From NCBI GenBank assembly GCA_000165425.1, contig CT868174.1, positions 310,001-374,000 on the forward strand: a DNA stretch of 64,000 nt. Direction: 5' to 3'. Source of the stretch: Paramecium tetraurelia (Eukaryota). This document shows, in pieces, positions 24,978 through 38,245 of the stretch. Below the pieces are notes generated by a model. It saw only the letters and a program-made list of their open reading frames with translations. It was not told where the DNA came from and searched no databases. Within the stretch, counting starts at the first letter, position 1, and each line of letters begins with the position of its first letter. The position numbers were made by a program, and so were the translations under genes.

Positions 24978-26297
24978 TCAATCTATTTTCTATTTTTTCT
25001 TCTACAATTAGGCTTCTTTCAAAAGATTAATTCTATGATAACGGGATTTAAAATGCTATTCTATCTCATATGGTCCATTCATCTTTTTATTGCACAATTG
25101 GCACTCCTATTTTTTCCAATTGTTTCGTTATTTTAATTTTTAAGTGGCTTTATATTTTTCAATCTTCTCAGGAGATATTATTGCGATATTTTCCAGATTT
25201 TATGCACTAATTTTAAATTACTCATCCTCTAATTGGCCCTGTTAAAATAATTAACAAAACAAATTATATATTTTCTCTGCTTGATTCACTACTTATTATT
25301 TAAATGTCTGAGTTGATTCAAATTCCAATAAAAATAATCTATTTGCAATAATATCTATTTTTGAATTGCATAGAATTCTATTTTTGATCCATTATTGTTA
25401 TTTTTTTGTGTATGCCATCGTATCATTAATTAATTTTTCTGCCCCTTCATTTAGTAACTCTCGAAATTTATCATCAACATTTGGAAATTACAACCCTGAT
25501 TCTTTATAATATTAATACACTTTTTCAAATTATTTATATCCAATACTTTATAATATTCCACCAACCGCGTTTTGATTATTACCTAATCTTTCAAATATTC
25601 TTAATATTTCTTCTGTCCCTCCTTAATCAAGCATTTCATGTATTCTTTCAGTTACTTTCTTCTTTAAATCTTCACTTTTCTTCCATTTAGGCCAAAGTAT
25701 TAGGAAGTTATTACTTCTTAATTTACATTCATCAGAATGATGATCTATTTATTCAGATGGCAATTATCCTGTATTTTAGTAATATTTTATAGAGTTATTT
25801 ATTCTTCTAAGATCGTTTGGGAATGAAATTTTTCAGCAGCCAGAGGATCTATCTCTTTTAAATATTCATAAGGTTCCTTGCCATTTAAATTCAATTCAGC
25901 TGCTTGTATAATTTACTTCTCTTCATTTTCTTAATTAAATAATATCGATTCTATGTAATAATGTGTTCCTCCTACCAAAACAGGAATTTTCCCCCTTGAT
26001 TGTAATTCTTCTATTTTTTGGATGGCCACTAATAAGCTATTCAAAGTTCTTACTATTCTTCCATTATTTGCGATTAAATCCTTCAGATTCTAAATCTAGC
26101 AAATCAATTCCATGATGCTTTTTTATTGCTTGTTCTGCAGCAGTAGCTTTAGCAGTCATGATATTAGCTTCCTTGTAAATTTACATTGAATCACAAGAGA
26201 TTATCTCATAATTGTCTATTCCTAAATTCAAAGATAAATTAGTCTTTCCTGCTGCTGTAGTACCAATGATATAAACAATCAAACCATTATTATTCAT
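24978..26297 (-). CDS. TRIT1: tRNA dimethylallyltransferase (isopentenyltransferase, MiaA/Mod5/TRIT1 family) with C-terminal zinc finger
   Basis: IIGTTAAGKT P-loop, IISCDSMQIY, IMTAKAT, PVLVGGTHYYIE, TIRYAKKQ-like segment, and CQLC..HFKSRYH zinc finger. Confidence 0.93.
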
Positions 26298-26444
26298 TTA
26301 ATTAGAATTTATTAAAATAAACTTGCAAATGATGGAAATACATTTAATAAAGAAAATTGTTAGAATTTTGACAAACATATAAGAGAAATGTTATACAATT
26401 AGTTTGATATTGTATAATTGAATAAATTTTGAGTTCAAAAATAA

Positions 26445-29400
26445 TCATTCATGAAATTATTCATGATCTTTATTTTAAGCTCTATCTACTTTAGCTGAAT
26501 TGAGTGATAATATCTTTTCCTCTTATTTTGGAGCTGGTGGTAGTACTTTAGGATCGTATGGCCATTTTTCTATCATCTCTTAAGGATTCGCCAAGTAGCT
26601 GCCTTATCCAAACAAGAGTTTTAACCCATAGAATTTACCCTAAAATATATTGAAATTATATACATAAAACAGAGGATGAGACTAATCTTTAATGACATTT
26701 AAATAGAAGCCATTTGGAATGGCATGTCTAACATTCAGAATTTATTCAGTTGGTCCCTTAATTCCCAATATATAAGCTCTAGCATTTCCAGGAGCATAAC
26801 CAAAATAAACAAATGTCCACTAATATGGTATGAGTTTAAAAGTATGGCTAACTGGTTCAAAAGTAGGATCTTTGAGTGTGTATGTACTAGCAACAATTTC
26901 ATCAGTTTTAGTAAAAAGTGCTAGAGTTCTATCACCAATATATCTTTCATCAGATCCTTCATTGTTAGTAGACAACCTAACTAGGCCTCTGTATTCATCA
27001 GTTAATTCTGGAGTTAGAACAGAATTTTGCATCCAAAATCCATATGAATATTCTACCAGACCTGGCTTGTCATTGAATGCAAATGAGAATTTATCTTTTT
27101 TGACATTGATGTCATCTTCAAGTGTAGTATCAATAATTTGGACAGGCCATTTAAAATCTTCAGCATCGAGAGGTTGAACTGGTAATTTACGATGCAATTT
27201 GAGTACCATATCAACTACTTTCTGGCTTTCACTAATGAAAGATCCCTGACCAAGGAAAATTCTTGGATCAAATAACCATCCATGAAATCCTCTAAATCCG
27301 AACTCCTTGGCTCCCAAAACAAACTTTGCAAATCCAGTTAAAGCTCTATGTTAGACTTGTAATTCAATATGTTAAGCCTTTTATTATTCTCTAAACAAGA
27401 CCATTCCATAGAATTATCCAGTCTTATAAGCTGCATAAACGTAGGTCCATGCTCCTTCTAATTCTGTGTATGGTAATTTGCCATCAACAGCATTTGATGG
27501 TTTGAGTACATCATAAGTACTAAATTCATAGTTCCCAAGAGATAAAAAGGCTGTCAATACTCTATCTCCTAATTCACTTTTATCCTAATCCTCTTTATTA
27601 GATGAGAACCTGAAAATATTATGTCGATCTTATCTTTCAGTAAGAGTAGTTGGAAATGATATCAACCATCTTGTCCATACTCCAATAGAGTATTCATCTA
27701 CTGATTCAACTTCAGTCGTGAAAACTTAAGTTATTGCCTTTTCTGTTTCAATTACTCCTTCTTCCTTATTATACCACATGTATTTCTGATTAGTTGGCAA
27801 TGCCCTATAATTTGGCAATGTATCCTCATATCCTCTCTTTTAAATGCTAACAAAAGCACCTAACCCATATTAAGCCACCCAATTTTAAAGATCTCCTTAG
27901 AATCTTTTAGTGAAAGGATCTTTTGCTACATAAATTCCAGTGTAATTTGGTACGAAATGCTAGATTCCTTTAAATATAATTGGTTTATCATCATCGAATA
28001 AATGAAGTAGTGCATGTACCTCTTATATGTCTTCATTGTAACCCATATAAATATATATCCATGCTTTTTTATTATGGCCTAATTCTATCTTTTCATCCAA
28101 ATACTTGGCTTCATTCCAATCTTTCAATCCATGAATTGTGTATGTGGATAATTTAATCGAATCTACACAAACAGAGGCATAAAGAGTTCTATCTCCTTGA
28201 ATTCTTTTGTCATTCAAATGCTCTTTATCATTATTAGTAACTCTAAATAATATTTGGCAATCGTTGGCATTCTATCCCTTTACTTCAGCTATCTTGAACC
28301 ATCCACTGATTGAATATTCGCCAACAGATGACCAAGTATCCCCTCTTAATTCTGTACCACCAACAGTGTCAGTCACTGTTTCGATCTTACCAATTAATTC
28401 TTATTGTCCATGTTTCTACTTATGAATATAGTCTACTGTCAATTGCTATTCAAGTGCAAAAGAATTATCTATTGTCTTCTTTACTTCCTCAACCAACCCA
28501 AAGAATGAACCAACTCCAAAATTGACTGCTATTTTGCTCATTAACCCTTGAAATCCTGGAATCTCTGGTTCACCTCCTATATGTAAAATTACAAAGTCTC
28601 CTAAAGGCTTATGTAGTAAATCTTAATTTTTAATTTGTTAGACCTCTTTACCATCATACACAAAATAAGAGGCTAACTAGCTCACTCTCTAATAACCCAT
28701 GTAGATGTAATTCCATTATCCCTCTAATTTAGAATACGCTATAGTTCTTAGTTCATTGGGTGCATCGTCATTCAAATCATAAGTAGAAAATTAATAATGA
28801 CCTTAAACAATATGAGAAGCTAAGATTCTATCTCCCATAGCCACCTTTCCTACTTCTATTTATTCATTTGAAGTCAATCTGACTAATTACATTTCTTATG
28901 GTAATCTAAACAACCTTTCAGGCCATGCTTATAAGAATCTGCACCAAAACCCTATGCTGTATTCTTACATAGATTCAATTGGTTTATCTGGTTCATCAAT
29001 GAATTTTACTGTTTAAGGCTAACCAAGTACAACCTTCGCTGCATTTTCCCAATTGTTCTTCTTTTCTTATGAGAATAGTTTAGAAGACATTATGAATACT
29101 GGCAATTACAAAAAGTTATCTTTTCGGAATGAACCTTCTCCAAAATTCAATGTTAATTATGCAACTCTACTGTTGAAATTCTCCAATATGCCATCCCTTC
29201 CTACATACAACCAAAACTTTGAAGATACGGCATGAAGAATTGGCTCCAACCCTTTATTTTCGTGAGTATCAGCCTTCAAATAATACTGAACTTTTCTCTC
29301 TTTCTTAGAATAAGCAAAATAAGCAAAAGTCCAAATTTCAAGTTGTTACTTTGGAATATTGCATTCGAAAGGAACATTCATAACTGCATCTTGCAAAGTG

Positions 29401-32400
29401 TAAGTACTAAATAAGGCAGTTCCAATATGAGATAACATTAATACTTTATCACCAATCTTTGAGGCATCATTTTCAGCTTTGTTTGAGGAGAGTCTATAAA
29501 TGACCTAGTTGGGTTTTATTGGTGTTTTGAACCATCTGAACCATATTTAAACTGAATATTCTCTAGCTTCTTATTCAATAATCAGTGGATTGTCAATTTT
29601 CAGTTTTTGAGCATCTTATTTACCTACAAATACTTCGTAATTTTTAGGAACTGATAGAATATCTGGTTTTGGATCTTTATTTTTAATTCTAGCCATGATG
29701 CCTGCAGTGTTTTCAATAAAAGCTCCAGGTCCTAAATTGAATCTCACAGTTGTGATTTATCCATTAAAGTTGGGGTAATATTTACCTGCATGTCCTATTG
29801 TTAATTGTAAATAATTTTAGAGTAAGTTGTGTAATACATCCATTTATATTCCAGGGGTTACTTCTCCAAAGGAAGTGAAGGCTACTGCATGTCCAAGTGT
29901 CTAAGAAATTCTTTTGTAACTAAAATAAACATAAGTCCATTCGCTTTCAGATTCTAATCCATAAGGTATGTTTCCATTTACATTATTTGAAGCTGGTTAG
30001 ACATTGTAGGTTGAGAAATGATAAACATTCTTACCCATCAACACCAATAATACTCTATCTCCAGGCTAATCAAAATCTTTATAATCCTTTTAACTTGTCA
30101 ATCTGGCCATACCCATCCATTATGGCTATTAGTATAAAACTCCCTTATTTGCAAAATGCTAAAATCTGGACCAAAATCCATAACCATATTCACTAACTCC
30201 TTAAAGGTGTAATTTATCATTTTATTCGAATTAAACATGCAAAGGAACTTCTTTTCCATTTGCTGAACATTCAAGCACTTATTCTTCACGATGAGCTTCT
30301 TATCCTGCCTACTACAATTTAATATGGTCAGTTCCACTAATAAAGCCGAAATGTACTTTAATATTCTCGTCGCTTTCAAATCCACCTTCTCTAAAAGATC
30401 CTTCTCCAATATTAATCACCCAAGTTTTCATTTATCCTTAAAACTTCTCTTTTTCATTTCCAATTATTATGCTGAATACAGCAAGATAAAAATGATTGAT
30501 GTCCTCCAACAGAAACTTATCATCAGTAAAGGTATATTTAATGTAACCGAATGCTTTCTTTAATGGAGTTGAATAACCAAAATAAATATAAGTCCATTAA
30601 TCCCAATATTCTCCAAATTATTATTCCTTATTTATTATTTAAGAACAATCCTCACCCTTACAATGATATGTAGAATAAACATATGATAAATCAGATCTAC
30701 GAATCTTAAGTGTTTCCTCGTTCTTCCCATCTAAGTCAGCTAATCTCTTCTAAGCCATTGTGATAATGTGAGAAACCTTTCCCAACTTTTATAAACCACT
30801 CCATTTAACCCACCCAGAGACTGCATACTCAAGAGATCCTTAAAACTTATCAAATTAAAATGTATTAGTTGGCTCACTCACTGGTGTTCCAATTAATTAT
30901 TAAGTTTATCTTGAGACTGGATGGATTTAAGCTTTTTCTGGTAATGTATTTTAAGTATATAATCTCAGGTCATCAGCACTTGACAAAAATGCTCCAGGCC
31001 CTATTGAACATTATATTTTAGTCATTTAACCATTAAAGAATGGAGCCTAAGACTTACCAACAACAAATTCAACATATTCAACTATATAATCATGGAAAAT
31101 ATCAAAAGAAACTTCCTTAATCTCTCCGTCAACACCAAATTGAACATATCCTCTAGCTGTGCCCTTATCTCCAAATCTTTTGTATCCAAAATAGATATAA
31201 TTCCACCAACCCTCTAATTTTGTAAACTGTACTTCATCCTTAGCACTATATGTATAGAATTCATATGCTTCTTTGCTTAAAGTCACTGCCAAAGTTTGAT
31301 CTTTAATTGTTTATGGTCTTGTATTTGCTCTTTTTAATTTTCCATCAACTTATTCGATTAAATATGGTTGTGTACCAAATCTAGCGATATTGTGAACTGA
31401 TCCTCTTTATACTAGATATTTTGGCATTGTACTCAACCATCTTGTCCACATTCCAAAAGAATATTCACTTTAACCATTTATTCTTAATTTTGAGTCGTCA
31501 TGAATGAGTATCTTGTCTACTAATGCATTTTCTGCATCATAATAACAATCTCTTACAACATTAGGTTCAGTTACATCATCTTTATATTATATTGGTTTCA
31601 TTAATTAATAAACATTCATTGCACCATCTCCATAGTAAAATTATTAGCCAAAATTAAGTGCTTATCTGTATGCTCCTGGCCCTAAGTACACTCCTACATA
31701 TCCAATTTTACCATTAAATGGTGATATTTAATCATCTCCACCCAATGTGAAAAACAATTTTGTTATCAATTTATGTTGGATTGGATCAAAAGTAATCTCA
31801 TCAGATTTCCCTGGTCTAATTAAAGCTCCATAAACTTTTATTTTGTCATTATCATAAGCCATAAAACCATAATGCCATAAGTAGTTAGGGGATTAAACAG
31901 CTTTGGATAAGTAGGTTGATCCTTTTGCTTTATTGCCTTCGATAGTGTAAGTATTAAAGTAGACAGAGCTCTTGGATCCTCCTCCATAAACATAATGCAT
32001 TTCGAGCGATCTATCCCCTAATATTCCTTTTCCTTAGGATTTCTTTTCGTTAGATCTTAAATTAAAGATTTAGAAAGTATTTTCACTATCAACCTTCAAA
32101 TCATCTATCCATCTAAACCATGCTGCAACACTATACTCCTCAATTATCAATTAAGACTCCTAAGGATCTAGAATCACAGAATCACTTGCAGTGTTTGCAT
32201 TAAATAATTTTGGAATTGTAATTACTTCTAAATCTATTAAATTTGTAACTTATTAGGGCACGTTTGAAATAGTTTTAATGATCTCTCTTACTTTTGCTTC
32301 AGTATCTATAAATGCTGGAGCATCAATGTCATAAAAGATGTTTGCAAATTGTCCATTTAATCCTTCATAAGTCAAGTGTTTTCCACCAATCATTAATTTA

Positions 32401-35134
32401 AAGTACTAAGGTGGGACATGTCTGCATTAAATTTCACTCCTTAGAATCTTATTATTATCACCATATCCGACAACAAACCCTACTGCTGCTTTCTTAGCTG
32501 TACTGTAAGAGAATGTGATAAAATACCACATGCTATCTAAATCTTCATTTAAAGCCACAATCTAATCTTTCACTTTTTTCTTTTCTTAATGATCGTAGGT
32601 TGAGAAAATAAAAGAGTTTTCAATCATAAAAATAGCTAAAGTTCTGTCCCCATAATAGGTTAAATCTTTATAATCTTGATTTGAAGTTAGTCGAGATAAG
32701 AAGTAATAGGTTTCTGGTTTTCTTTAATGCACTTTAGGCGCATTTGAGGTGTATCTCATCCAAAATCCATATCCATATTCATCAGAATCCTGTAGAAGTT
32801 CTCTGTCTGCAAATTCATATTATTCTACTACTTCTCCATCAAACGAGGATTTAGCATATTTTGTTGAAACTGGAACATTGACTTTTTCTGTTTTTGGCCT
32901 AGTGTTAACTTTATGTTTAGGAGGCTCATATTAAGTTGGTTCATTAGGATTGAATTCCTCCTTCAATGTTTAAATTTTTAAAGATTTTTCATTCTCATCC
33001 TTTACTTCTTATTTTTTCTCAACACTTATACCATCTATTTTTACTTTTTCTTCTTTTATTTAATTAACAGAATTTCCAATATTTTCTTTTTTCTGATCAA
33101 CTTACTATTCTTTTTTCCCATTATTTTGATCCTGCTCAGGCTATTAATCTACTTTTAATTTAGATTTGTCTTCTGCACTTTAAATTTCACTTTATTAATT
33201 TTATTTATTTTCAACGTTAGTAGGTTGGCCAACATTATCATTAGATTTAACTTAATCAGCAGAAGATTTTTCTTAATTATTCGAATTATCTGTAACTTCT
33301 TTTTTTGGTGCTTCCTCCTTCTATTACTAATCCTTTTTATTTGTTGTTTCCTATCCACTAATCTATTCTGTTGGCAATTATTTTTCATCTTTATTATCAT
33401 CCATAACGCTATCTAATAAATCATCAAATTATGAATCTTGTATGATCAGAGAATTTTTTTATTCTGGATCAATCATATTTACTCTATGATAAGCATTAAT
33501 TTTAGGATCATATTCATAATAAATTACTTAATCCCCTTCTACTTCATAATAGATGTATTCTTATTCATCATCTAATTAAACATCCTAACTTATTTCTCCA
33601 GTCTAATCATCTTAATTAACAAAGTCATTTTCCTATTAGACATCATCAACATATTGAGTTTCAACTTAATTATCTCCATCTTTTTCGTAAAGATAATCAT
33701 CCTAATTATTTCTTGACTCTTCATTATAAAAAGATTCATTTCTTGCATCTTCTACTGAAACTTTAGGGGCATCCTCATCATTATTTTCTTCAATATCAAG
33801 ATTGATTTATTAGTCTCCAATTGAGTTTAAAAAGTATGCTTTTGTTTTTGGAACCTATGAACTTGTTTAAGAAATAACATGCATATTTCCTTCAGAATCT
33901 ATAGTGTATTCAGTCACTTCCTCAACAGAAAATTCTTCCCAAACTTCTTCTCCATCTTCAGTTTTCACAACCTTTTTCTTTTATTTATTGCTACTTTATC
34001 CTTAAGAACTTTTAGACTAAGATTTTTTATTGCCTGATGATGATGATGAAGATTGCTTAGTAGTTTAGCTTTAACTACTACTACTTTAACTTCCTTTTTA
34101 AGTGCTACTGCTGGTTTATCCTCCAGTAGCAACTTACTAACTTTTGGAACTGCTGCTTGAACCTTATCCTTATTCTTTTTATTCGGCTTCAGAATGTTTT
34201 TAAGTTAGTCTATCAGCTACAGATTGACTAACCTTCTAATTATTTTATTTATTCTAATCTGCTTACTTTTATGTACTTCCTGAAGCAGTTCCACTAGATG
34301 AGCTTGATGAGCTAGATGAACTTGATGAATTAGATGAGCTTGATGAGCTGGAAGAGCTAGATGAACTTGCGGATTTTGATGATTTAGAAGAAGAAGATCC
34401 AGAGGAACCACTTATCTTTTTAATTTTTTTAACTCTTCTTTTCACAGTTTTCTTGACTTTTCTTACTTTTCCATTAGCATCAGGTTCTTCTACTTCAATT
34501 TATTCATAAATATCTTCCTCTCCATCATCTCCTTCTTGTGAAGTATTATCTTTGGAAGCAGATTCATTTGATTGAGTAGATTAACTTGAGGATGCTGATC
34601 CTTATGCCGATGCCTATGAAGATGATGATGATGATGAGGATGAGGATGATGATTTTGAACCACTAGATGAGCTTGAAATTTTTGATGATTTAGATGAAGA
34701 AGATCCTGAAGATCCACTAATCTTTTTAGTTTTTTTAACTCTTCTTTTCACAGTTTTCTTGACTTTTCTTACTTTTCCATTAGCATCAGGTTCTTCTACT
34801 TCAATTTATTCATAAACATCTTCCTCTCCATCATCTCCTTCTTGTGAAGTTTTTACTTTGGAAGCAGACGCATTTGATTGAGTAGATTAACTTTACGTTG
34901 ATGAACTACCTTCTACAGCCTTATTAGATTGACTGCTACTAGTTGTTGATTAACTTGATTATACTGATCCTTATGCCGATCCTTGTGCTGATCCTTATGC
35001 TTATCCTTGTGCTGATGCTTATGCCGATCCTTGTGCTGATGCATTTGCAGATCCTGATCCCTATCCTTATGCCGATCCTTATGCCGATCCTTATGCTGAT
35101 GCTTATGCTGATGCTTATTATGATGAGGAAGATG

Positions 35135-35183
<49 letters not shown>

Positions 35184-36827
35184 GGATGATGATGAGGATG
35201 CATTAGAAGTGCTTGAAATTTGTGATGATTTAGAGGTAGAAGATCCTGAAGATCCACTTATCTTTTTAGTTTTTTTAACTCTTCTTTTCACAGTTTTCTT
35301 GACTTTTCTTACTTTTCCATTACCATCAGGTTCTTCTACTTCAATTTATTCATAAACATCTTCCTCACCTGCATCTTCATTATTTTACTATTGTGTATTT
35401 TGTTATTCTTTTGCCTTTTTAGCATCATCTTACTCCTTAACTCCTTACTAAACCTTATCACTTTAATTTGCTTATACCTATTTATTGTTTTACTATTGCT
35501 AAGTTTATTTATTAATCTCCTATGATCCTACCCTACCATCAGTAGAAGCTCCTACACCATCTGCTTTTACTATCTCTCCTTCAACAACTTCTTCATCGTC
35601 ATCTGGAGGAATTTCCAAAGGAGGATTCTTATTTTTTTAGTTTTCTTATTATTTTTTTTCTTCTTCTTCTACTTTTGGTTTTTAGATATCTTTTTCTTCC
35701 TGAATGGGGTCTGATTAATCATTTACGCTAATATCTGATTCGAACTGAGTTTCCTCACCGCTAATGCATAAATCAGGTTCATCGTAATTATTTTGATGTC
35801 CAGAATCTGGCCCAAATTCCCTTTCTATTATTATTTCTCTTGGTTTTTTTTTTTTGGAATCTGCTGTTAAATCATCATCTTCTTCTCCATTAATTCTATT
35901 ACTATCTGGAGTTGGTTCTATATCAATATCAATATCTATCTCTTCCTCTTCTGATGAAGTATTTTTTGATTTATCATTACCTTGCTCCTCGCTGGCATTT
36001 TAGGGTGTATCATCCTCTTCGCCTTAAGGACAGACATCATCATCATTATAAAGGATAGGTAATGGACCTTATGATTCTTACCTTGTAGCTGAATTTGTTG
36101 GTATTTATTATTAAGGAATTGAACCTTAATTAGAAGGGTATTCATATTAGTATTAATTATTATCATCTCTATTATGATTGTATTAGCATTCCTATTTTTT
36201 CATTTACAAATCTCTTATCTTTTCTCTCAACCTTGTAGGCTATTGATATTAAGAGCATTCATTTAAATTTCTATTTATTTAATATCTCATGTTCTGTAAA
36301 TAATCTTCAATTTTATTTGCCATAGCAACACGTTCATCATAGTTCTAAGTATTTTAGAATTATCTCATATATTCTATGCATTAATCTAGATTTCCTCTTG
36401 CCCATTAATGATTTAATTAAGCAAGTGACATGTCTAATAATGAATTTGATAAGCTTCCTGTAATTTGCAAGAACATTTCTAAATATTTACAATACTTACT
36501 TTATTATTAAACATCATCAATTTGCTTTGCTTTTTCCACTAATCTAGCGATTTGGTCAATAATTGTTATATCCTTCTATAATTAATCCTTATGCTCAACA
36601 ATATCAGCCCACTTAGATAACTCTACGATGGTGTAATCATAGAAATCAAACCTCATTTAGCATGTAAACTTAGTTGTATTAATATCATTGGCTTCCTAAA
36701 AACTCAAGCCTTGAAATATATATAAAGTGTTACTTCTTTCTCGAGTTTTTAAATTTTATGTTTTCATTTCTACTTCAATTGCATTAGCTACTGCAATTAT
36801 AAGAAGTGTTACGAAGACTTTTTTCAT
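26445..36827 (-). CDS. Giant secreted protein (~3,450 aa): signal peptide, helical N-domain, acidic and Ser/Ala/Gly-rich stalk with 3 basic repeats, 10 tandem LamG/concanavalin-A-like domains
   Basis: Signal peptide MKKVFVTLLIIAVANA. Only two tiny introns seen (~36480-36500 and ~26640-26663). Ten ~210-aa units, each with EYxxxxW(F/T/M)R...RL...GDRxL...FSTY...W(T/Y)YIYxGY...G..F.G. Stop TGA at 26445-26447. Confidence 0.85.
26560..32830 (-). repeat. Ten tandem ~600-670 nt LamG-like domain repeats
   Basis: EYxxxxW motifs near 32780, 32138, 31467, 30830, 30192, 29560, 28963, 28320, 27693 and 27053. Confidence 0.82.
34290..35370 (-). repeat. Three near-identical ~100-130 nt modules (EEDVYEQIEVEEPDxNGKVRKVKKTVKRRVKKTKKISGSSGSS) separated by poly-Ser (TCA)n and 12-nt SAQG repeats
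   Basis: ttttttaactcttcttttcacagttttcttgacttttcttacttttccatt... at ~34425, ~34731 and ~35271. (GAT)n run at ~35137-35200. gatcct(t/g)..gc 12-mers at ~34965-35115. Confidence 0.92.
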
Positions 36828-37057
36828 CTATTATCTATCCGTTTTTAAATAAAATATTAAATAAAATATGAATGGGAATGTATAATTAGATTATAACAAA
36901 TACTGATGAACCTTCTCTCTTTTTAAAAACCTCATCGCTTTTGATATGCTAAACAGAATACCTTCTTATTTTTCCTTTGAATGTAAAATACATTATAATA
37001 ATATAATTCTGAATTGACATTTAGATCGCAATTTTCTAAAATGATTGTTTATGATAA

Positions 37058-37956
37058 ATGGGCTTGGTTAGGGAACTAGCTGTATTTATATAATTATCAT
37101 GCATATATTTTCTTGCGTTTTTTTAAAAAAAAAGAATTAAGTTTTTACAATTGATATACTTGGGGTTCCATAATATGATTTATTAGTTCAACAATGACGT
37201 CCTCTAAATTTTAATAAGCTATTCTTAGTACTAGCAAAGAATTTTTTCGTTCAATTTAATCTAACATCTTAACCAACTACCTTATTTGGAGCAGTTCTAT
37301 ATTTCACAAGTGAAAAACAATCTCATTGTTATGTAAGAATTTTAATAAACAATAATCTCAATAAATAAATTTGAATTTAAGGATGCTAATTCCTATCAAA
37401 CATCATTTTCCAATTCACTTTATAACTCTTTTGTGAATCAACCTTATTTGAATCAAAGTTCATATCGAATCTACAGAGTACTAGATTTAAGATAGAATCT
37501 CAAGATGCTCTCCCTATGTATTTGAAATAATTGATTCTCTGCTTTGATTATAAATTAATTTTAAAATTTGATAACAGTACATTTATATATATAAAATTTT
37601 AAAACTCGCTGGAAATATACAAACAAGAAATATCGAATTATTAAATGAAAAACAGCATCAAATACTTGATTATTTTAGTTGAGAAATAGTGTGCATAAAA
37701 TAGGAAAATTTTTCAGGTTTATGAATAATAATCAGAAAAATTTAATAACATCCAAAATTTACTTAATATATTATTTAAGTATATTAACAAATAGAAAAAA
37801 CTTAAAGAGTATTGCATGAACTTGAAAAAGGATATGCTAGAAGAAACTGTTTTTATTCAACAATTTTTTAGTATTAATAATACATGGCTTCTTCATCCTA
37901 TATACGAATTCTTTCCTTTATAAATAATAATCTCTCTATTTATCAGTTCTACTTGA
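37058..37956 (+). pseudogene. Possible decayed gene remnant between the giant secreted gene and the TMP gene
   Basis: Two long coding-like TGA-free stretches that I could not join into a clean gene model. No recognisable intact motif. Confidence 0.3.
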
Positions 37957-38245
37957 TGGTAATTTATTAAAGTCACCTTGACATTTTGAACACTTTTTTT
38001 TACATATTTTTATTAAATGTTTGTCTATTTAAATAATAAATGTTACTAATCATTTGAGGAATGAGTGTAGGATCAATCTTTTTGTCAAAAAACAGGAAGG
38101 ATGAATAGTAGTTTAGATAATAATAATGTTATTATAAATAATGAGAATAGTATAGCGTTTTTAATTGTTTATTAATTAATGAAGACTAGTCGTTTTTATT
38201 GTTTAACTATGTAATTTTTGTGTTGGCAATAACAATAATTATCTT

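Noticed and set aside
34913..35257. Poly-His (minus) and poly-Met (plus) ORFs suggesting a metal-binding peptide
   Set aside because: They are alternative frames of the (TCA)n poly-Ser microsatellite inside the 26445-36827 gene.
34290..35370. Direct repeats with variable spacers as a CRISPR-like array or transposon ends
   Set aside because: The repeats are ~100+ nt, in frame and protein-coding, with low-complexity Ser spacers. The context is eukaryotic and has no cas or transposase gene.
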